Assembly (NCBI GenBank): GCA_964344235.1 | Contig: CAYFMJ010000001.1 | Span: forward strand, 371,529 to 395,528 | Direction of reading: 5' to 3' | Length of the DNA stretch: 24,000 nt | Source: an uncultured Methanosarcinales archaeon | GTDB taxonomy: Archaea; Nanobdellota; Nanobdellia; Woesearchaeales; GW2011-AR9 | In this document: positions 21,327-24,000 of the stretch, piece after piece | Layout of the letters: the number at the start of each line of letters is the position of its first letter | How positions within the stretch are numbered: position 1 is the first letter of the stretch | Notes under the pieces: generated by a model | What the model saw: only the letters and a program-made list of their open reading frames with translations | What the model was told of the DNA's origin: nothing | The model's database searches: none | Made by a program: the position numbers and the translations under genes

Positions 21327-21365
21327 CAAAGGAATGTTTTTATACTTTTGAAGAATCGTTTCCGT

Positions 21366-21824
21366 ATGGCGATGTTTTATGTTCTGTATTTTGGGTTAGG
21401 AATATTAGTGTCGCTGTTCTTTGCGTTGTTGGAGATACAAATTGAGGGAAAGAATGGTTGGGCACGAAAGTTGCCAACATGGCGGAAGAAGTTTTCGTTT
21501 ACTAAGTTTATTCCAGGAGCTGATAAAGAAATTACAGGATATCATCTCTATATGGGTTTGTATCGATTTTCAATTTTACACGTTGTGTTTATTTTTATCG
21601 AATGGAGTGTTGGTATAGAATTGTTGTTAATTTCATTCCATTTGTTTGTGAGTAGAGTGGAAGACTTCCTGTGGTTTGTGCTCAACCCCGCGTATGGAAT
21701 TAAGAAATTTAAGAAAGAATTCATCCCGTGGCATCCAACATGGTTTTTAGGATTGCCAGTACAGTATTACACTTCAATTATTGTGTGGGGTTTGTTGTTC
21801 TGGAGTGGATTACAATTATTGTAA
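21366..21824 (+). CDS. Integral membrane protein, unknown function
   Basis: Four or so hydrophobic helices. ATG 21366 is preferred over the TTG at 21348. TATA-like tttttatac lies about 22 nt upstream. Confidence 0.65.
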   Translation: MAMFYVLYFGLGILVSLFFALLEIQIEGKNGWARKLPTWRKKFSFTKFIPGADKEITGYHLYMGLYRFSILHVVFIFIEWSVGIELLLISFHLFVSRVEDFLWFVLNPAYGIKKFKKEFIPWHPTWFLGLPVQYYTSIIVWGLLFWSGLQLL

Positions 21825-22496
21825 ATGGTTGAGAATTATTTCAGGAGCTTCTTGCCAATCCCTTATGGGAATGACATTGCCATTTTGACTTTCGTACTCT
21901 TCTGATCCTGGACCGAAAAGAAAGAATTTTCCTCTGTATTGTAGCCTCTCTGCATGACGAGCAATTCCAGTATTATCATCAAGCGCACCTGATACAATAG
22001 GATATAGCCTCTCTAAAACCATTGCTTTCCAGGTCGTATGATGGAGATCTGCGATGGTTCTATCACGAAGCATGATTGGCTTTTGTGGAAACCCATGCTC
22101 TTCTAACCACTCCCGTGTTTCCTGTTCCATATCGTCAGTTCTTGCAGTCACATAGCATGATACTAGCCCTGCTTCTTCTAAGAGCTGTATCCCCTCTCGG
22201 GCACCTTTCATTGGTGAAAAAGTTCTGTGAAATGCAGGGTCGTACGCCATTGTTTTGTATAGTAGCCGTGCTTCCGGTAAACCACCCCAATAAATCGGTT
22301 CTCCATTAAGAGCATAGTGTCGCTTTGCACTTTCTACAGTAATGTGCATACCTGTGGGTGGAGGAAAATCTTGGCTAAGACGTTCAATAAACGCTGCAGT
22401 TGTTTCACTTAGGCTGTCATCAATGTCAATAGCTAAACCAGAATAACCATTGAGCTGTGCACCGAATGTTGCGATTTGTTTTGCGAGTTTTCCCAT
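21816..22496 (-). CDS. HAD-superfamily hydrolase (nucleotidase-like)
   Basis: Motif I is LAIDIDDSL, motif II YVTAR, and motif IV GALDDN. Confidence 0.7.
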   Translation of the reverse strand: MGKLAKQIATFGAQLNGYSGLAIDIDDSLSETTAAFIERLSQDFPPPTGMHITVESAKRHYALNGEPIYWGGLPEARLLYKTMAYDPAFHRTFSPMKGAREGIQLLEEAGLVSCYVTARTDDMEQETREWLEEHGFPQKPIMLRDRTIADLHHTTWKAMVLERLYPIVSGALDDNTGIARHAERLQYRGKFFLFGPGSEEYESQNGNVIPIRDWQEAPEIILNHLQ

Positions 22497-22499
22497 AAT

Positions 22500-22808
22500 T
22501 TACTCTAGAATTTTTTGTAACTCTCCAGATTCGGCTAATTGTAAAGTAATATCGCAACCACCAATGAGCTTGCCGTTAACCCATAATTGGGGAAATGTTG
22601 GCCAATTAGCGAATTCTTTGACTCCCTGTCTGATAGATTCATCTTCCAGAACGTCAAACGATTTGAATTCTGCATTATGTTGTTTTAAAACTTCCACCAC
22701 TTTCATTGAGAAACCACATTGTGGTTGTTCGGGAGTGCCTTTCATGAAAAGAAATATTCTACTTGAGTTAATGAGTTCTTGAATTCTGTGTTGTAATTGT
22801 TCGTCCAT
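22500..22808 (-). CDS. Monothiol (CGFS-type) glutaredoxin
   Basis: FMKGTPEQPQCGFS active site, with WPTFPQLWVNGKLIGGCD downstream. Confidence 0.9.
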   Translation of the reverse strand: MDEQLQHRIQELINSSRIFLFMKGTPEQPQCGFSMKVVEVLKQHNAEFKSFDVLEDESIRQGVKEFANWPTFPQLWVNGKLIGGCDITLQLAESGELQKILE

Positions 22809-22820
22809 TTTATAGAAAAA

Positions 22821-23027
22821 TTATGCCTGCTGTGCTTCACTTAGTACTTCTTGACTTAGTGTTTTGCTTGCATTTAACACTTCTACGCCAATAAGTTTGT
22901 CGTTTTCGTTGAAATCAAGAATTATGTTATCGTTTAAACCAATTGTTTTCTTTGCTTCACCCTCTTTGATGGGGTATTGCAAATAGATATAGGCTGCGTC
23001 TACTTCTTTGTCGTATTCTAATTTCAT
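22821..23027 (-). CDS. DUF2283-family small protein (putative antitoxin partner)
   Basis: MKLEYDKEVDAAYIYL ... ILDFNENDKLIGVEVLNAS is the typical DUF2283 pattern. Confidence 0.75.
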   Translation of the reverse strand: MKLEYDKEVDAAYIYLQYPIKEGEAKKTIGLNDNIILDFNENDKLIGVEVLNASKTLSQEVLSEAQQA

Positions 23028-23030
23028 TTT

Positions 23031-23240
23031 CTACATTATGGTTATAATCTTTATATACTTTTCTTGCTCAGTGAAGATAATTCTAATTTGGCGGCTGTCC
23101 ACTTCGCTTATTGCTTCTTTTCTGCCATCCGCTAATTTTCTTGTGTACTTGGGATGTTTCAGTGCGAGGCGAATTTGAATGTCGGTAATGGCCCGCTGTT
23201 TCATCCTCTTTTTTGCGTGAGCAGAATATTGTAACTCCAT
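23031..23240 (-). CDS. DUF4258-family small protein (putative toxin partner)
   Basis: YSAHAKKRMKQRAITDIQIRLAL is the typical DUF4258 N-terminus. A 3-nt gap separates it from the DUF2283 gene. Confidence 0.75.
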   Translation of the reverse strand: MELQYSAHAKKRMKQRAITDIQIRLALKHPKYTRKLADGRKEAISEVDSRQIRIIFTEQEKYIKIITIM

Positions 23241-23244
23241 AGTC

Positions 23245-23472
23245 CTATTGTGTTCGTGTCTCTAATCCTAATGCGTGGACTTCTTCTTTTAATTCTTCTT
23301 TTAGTGTATCATACACCATACGATGTTGTTCTAATAATGGTTTGCCTTTAAACCCTGCGTAGATAACAATGGCTTTAAGGTGTATGCCGTCTTTTCGGGG
23401 ATCTTCGATCCGGACCTTCGAACCTGGCAGGCCTTGCTCGATCTTCTGCTGGATTTGGGTGGTTGTTAACAT
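23245..23472 (-). CDS. bolA: BolA-family protein
   Basis: IQQKIEQGLPGSKVRIEDPRKDGIHLKAIVIYAGFKGKPLLEQHRMVYDTL is the BolA fold signature. ATG 23472 is preferred over the TTG at 23493 used in the track. Confidence 0.85.
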   Translation of the reverse strand: MLTTTQIQQKIEQGLPGSKVRIEDPRKDGIHLKAIVIYAGFKGKPLLEQHRMVYDTLKEELKEEVHALGLETRTQ

Positions 23473-23815
23473 TGTTTGTGTAGGAACTTTCAATCAATAT
23501 AAGTGTTTCTTCTAATAAGCCTGCAGCAGGGTGAGTTGTCCAGTCGCCGTTAACGTAGTGTCTTGTGCTAATGTGCATTGTAGTGTAAGGAGGTTTTGCG
23601 GCGATAGAATTGCCTAGTTTAATTGGAGGGAGTTCTGCAGAGGGATGTGAGTAAGATCTGCCGTTTCTTCGTTCGTACCCTAAGTTTTGAAGAATATCTG
23701 GCCATTGTCTTGCAATGTCTGGGTGGCCTGCTCCGATAATTAGGCTGTCGTCGCTTGCGATAACGTGTCCACCACGAGCGCGGATTTGTTTAATTGTTGA
23801 GAGTAAATCTGACAT
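23375..23815 (-). CDS. Hypothetical protein (146 aa) whose 3' end overlaps bolA out of frame
   Basis: The ORF starts MSDLLSTIKQIRARGGHVIASDDSLIIGAGHPD... Its last 33 or so codons lie inside bolA in another frame, so the true C-terminus is uncertain. Confidence 0.45.
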   Translation of the reverse strand: MSDLLSTIKQIRARGGHVIASDDSLIIGAGHPDIARQWPDILQNLGYERRNGRSYSHPSAELPPIKLGNSIAAKPPYTTMHISTRHYVNGDWTTHPAAGLLEETLILIESSYTNNVNNHPNPAEDRARPARFEGPDRRSPKRRHTP

Positions 23816-23890
23816 AATGGTTGCGGTTTAGGTGTGTTATTTAAGTTTTATTATGGAAATGGTTAAATAGTTTGTAATCCTATAAGTTGT

Positions 23891-24000
23891 ATGGGTTATG
23901 ATAAGCTTGTTCGAGATAAAATTCCAGACAAAATTAGGGGGAATGGAGAAGTGCCGATTACGCGTATAGCGTCTGATGAGGAGTATTTGGAACGGCTTCG
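23891..24000 (+). CDS. MazG-like NTP pyrophosphohydrolase, truncated by the window edge
   Basis: MGYDKLVRDKIPDKIRGNGEVPITRIASDEEYLERL carries the KLVRDKIP N-terminus characteristic of the small all-alpha NTP-PPase family. Confidence 0.55.
   Translation, partial: MGYDKLVRDKIPDKIRGNGEVPITRIASDEEYLERL

Noticed and set aside
1-24000. CRISPR array, rRNA genes, IS elements/transposases, integrases, and diversity-generating retroelement repeats
   Set aside because: There are no short regularly spaced direct repeats, no rRNA-like sequence, no ORF with recombinase, transposase or reverse-transcriptase motifs, and no template/variable repeat pair with adenine-specific differences.

Overview
Calls rest on hand translation, motif recognition and manual base-pair counting; no searches or folding programs were run. 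The window is a gene-dense archaeal chromosome segment, roughly 40% GC by eye. It looks like a small-genome, DPANN-like archaeon (inference). Supporting signs are a class-III signal-peptide pilin, a TrmB-type regulator, and TATA boxes about 25 nt upstream of many start codons (leaderless genes). Further signs are 3' gene overlaps and three tRNA genes that are all interrupted, two of them at non-canonical positions. Recognisable housekeeping genes are pgk, endonuclease V, an Obg/YchF-like GTPase, an Mre11-like nuclease, an NFACT-R protein and a CDP-alcohol phosphatidyltransferase. Also present are a thioredoxin-like 2Fe-2S ferredoxin, a SAM methyltransferase, a DUF457 hydrolase, a HAD hydrolase, and a bolA-grx operon. 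The standout region is about 5.8-10.25 kb, an AT-richer accessory island built as linker-cassette-linker-cassette-linker-cassette. The three cargo blocks are (1) a TrmB regulator plus two unknown ORFs, (2) mazEF plus an unknown ORF, and (3) one unknown ORF. Each block is bracketed by its own nested inverted repeats. The blocks are separated by a conserved structured module of about 65-80 nt whose hairpin stem covaries between copies. This resembles an integron cassette array in logic but not in site geometry, and no recombinase lies in the window. Other items worth a second look are a three-gene cluster (1272-5774) ending in a 708-aa xylose-isomerase-like TIM barrel split by an insert of about 320 aa. 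There is also a 115-nt long hairpin in the 15.6 kb divergent intergenic region, and a DUF4258/DUF2283 pair wedged between bolA and grx.
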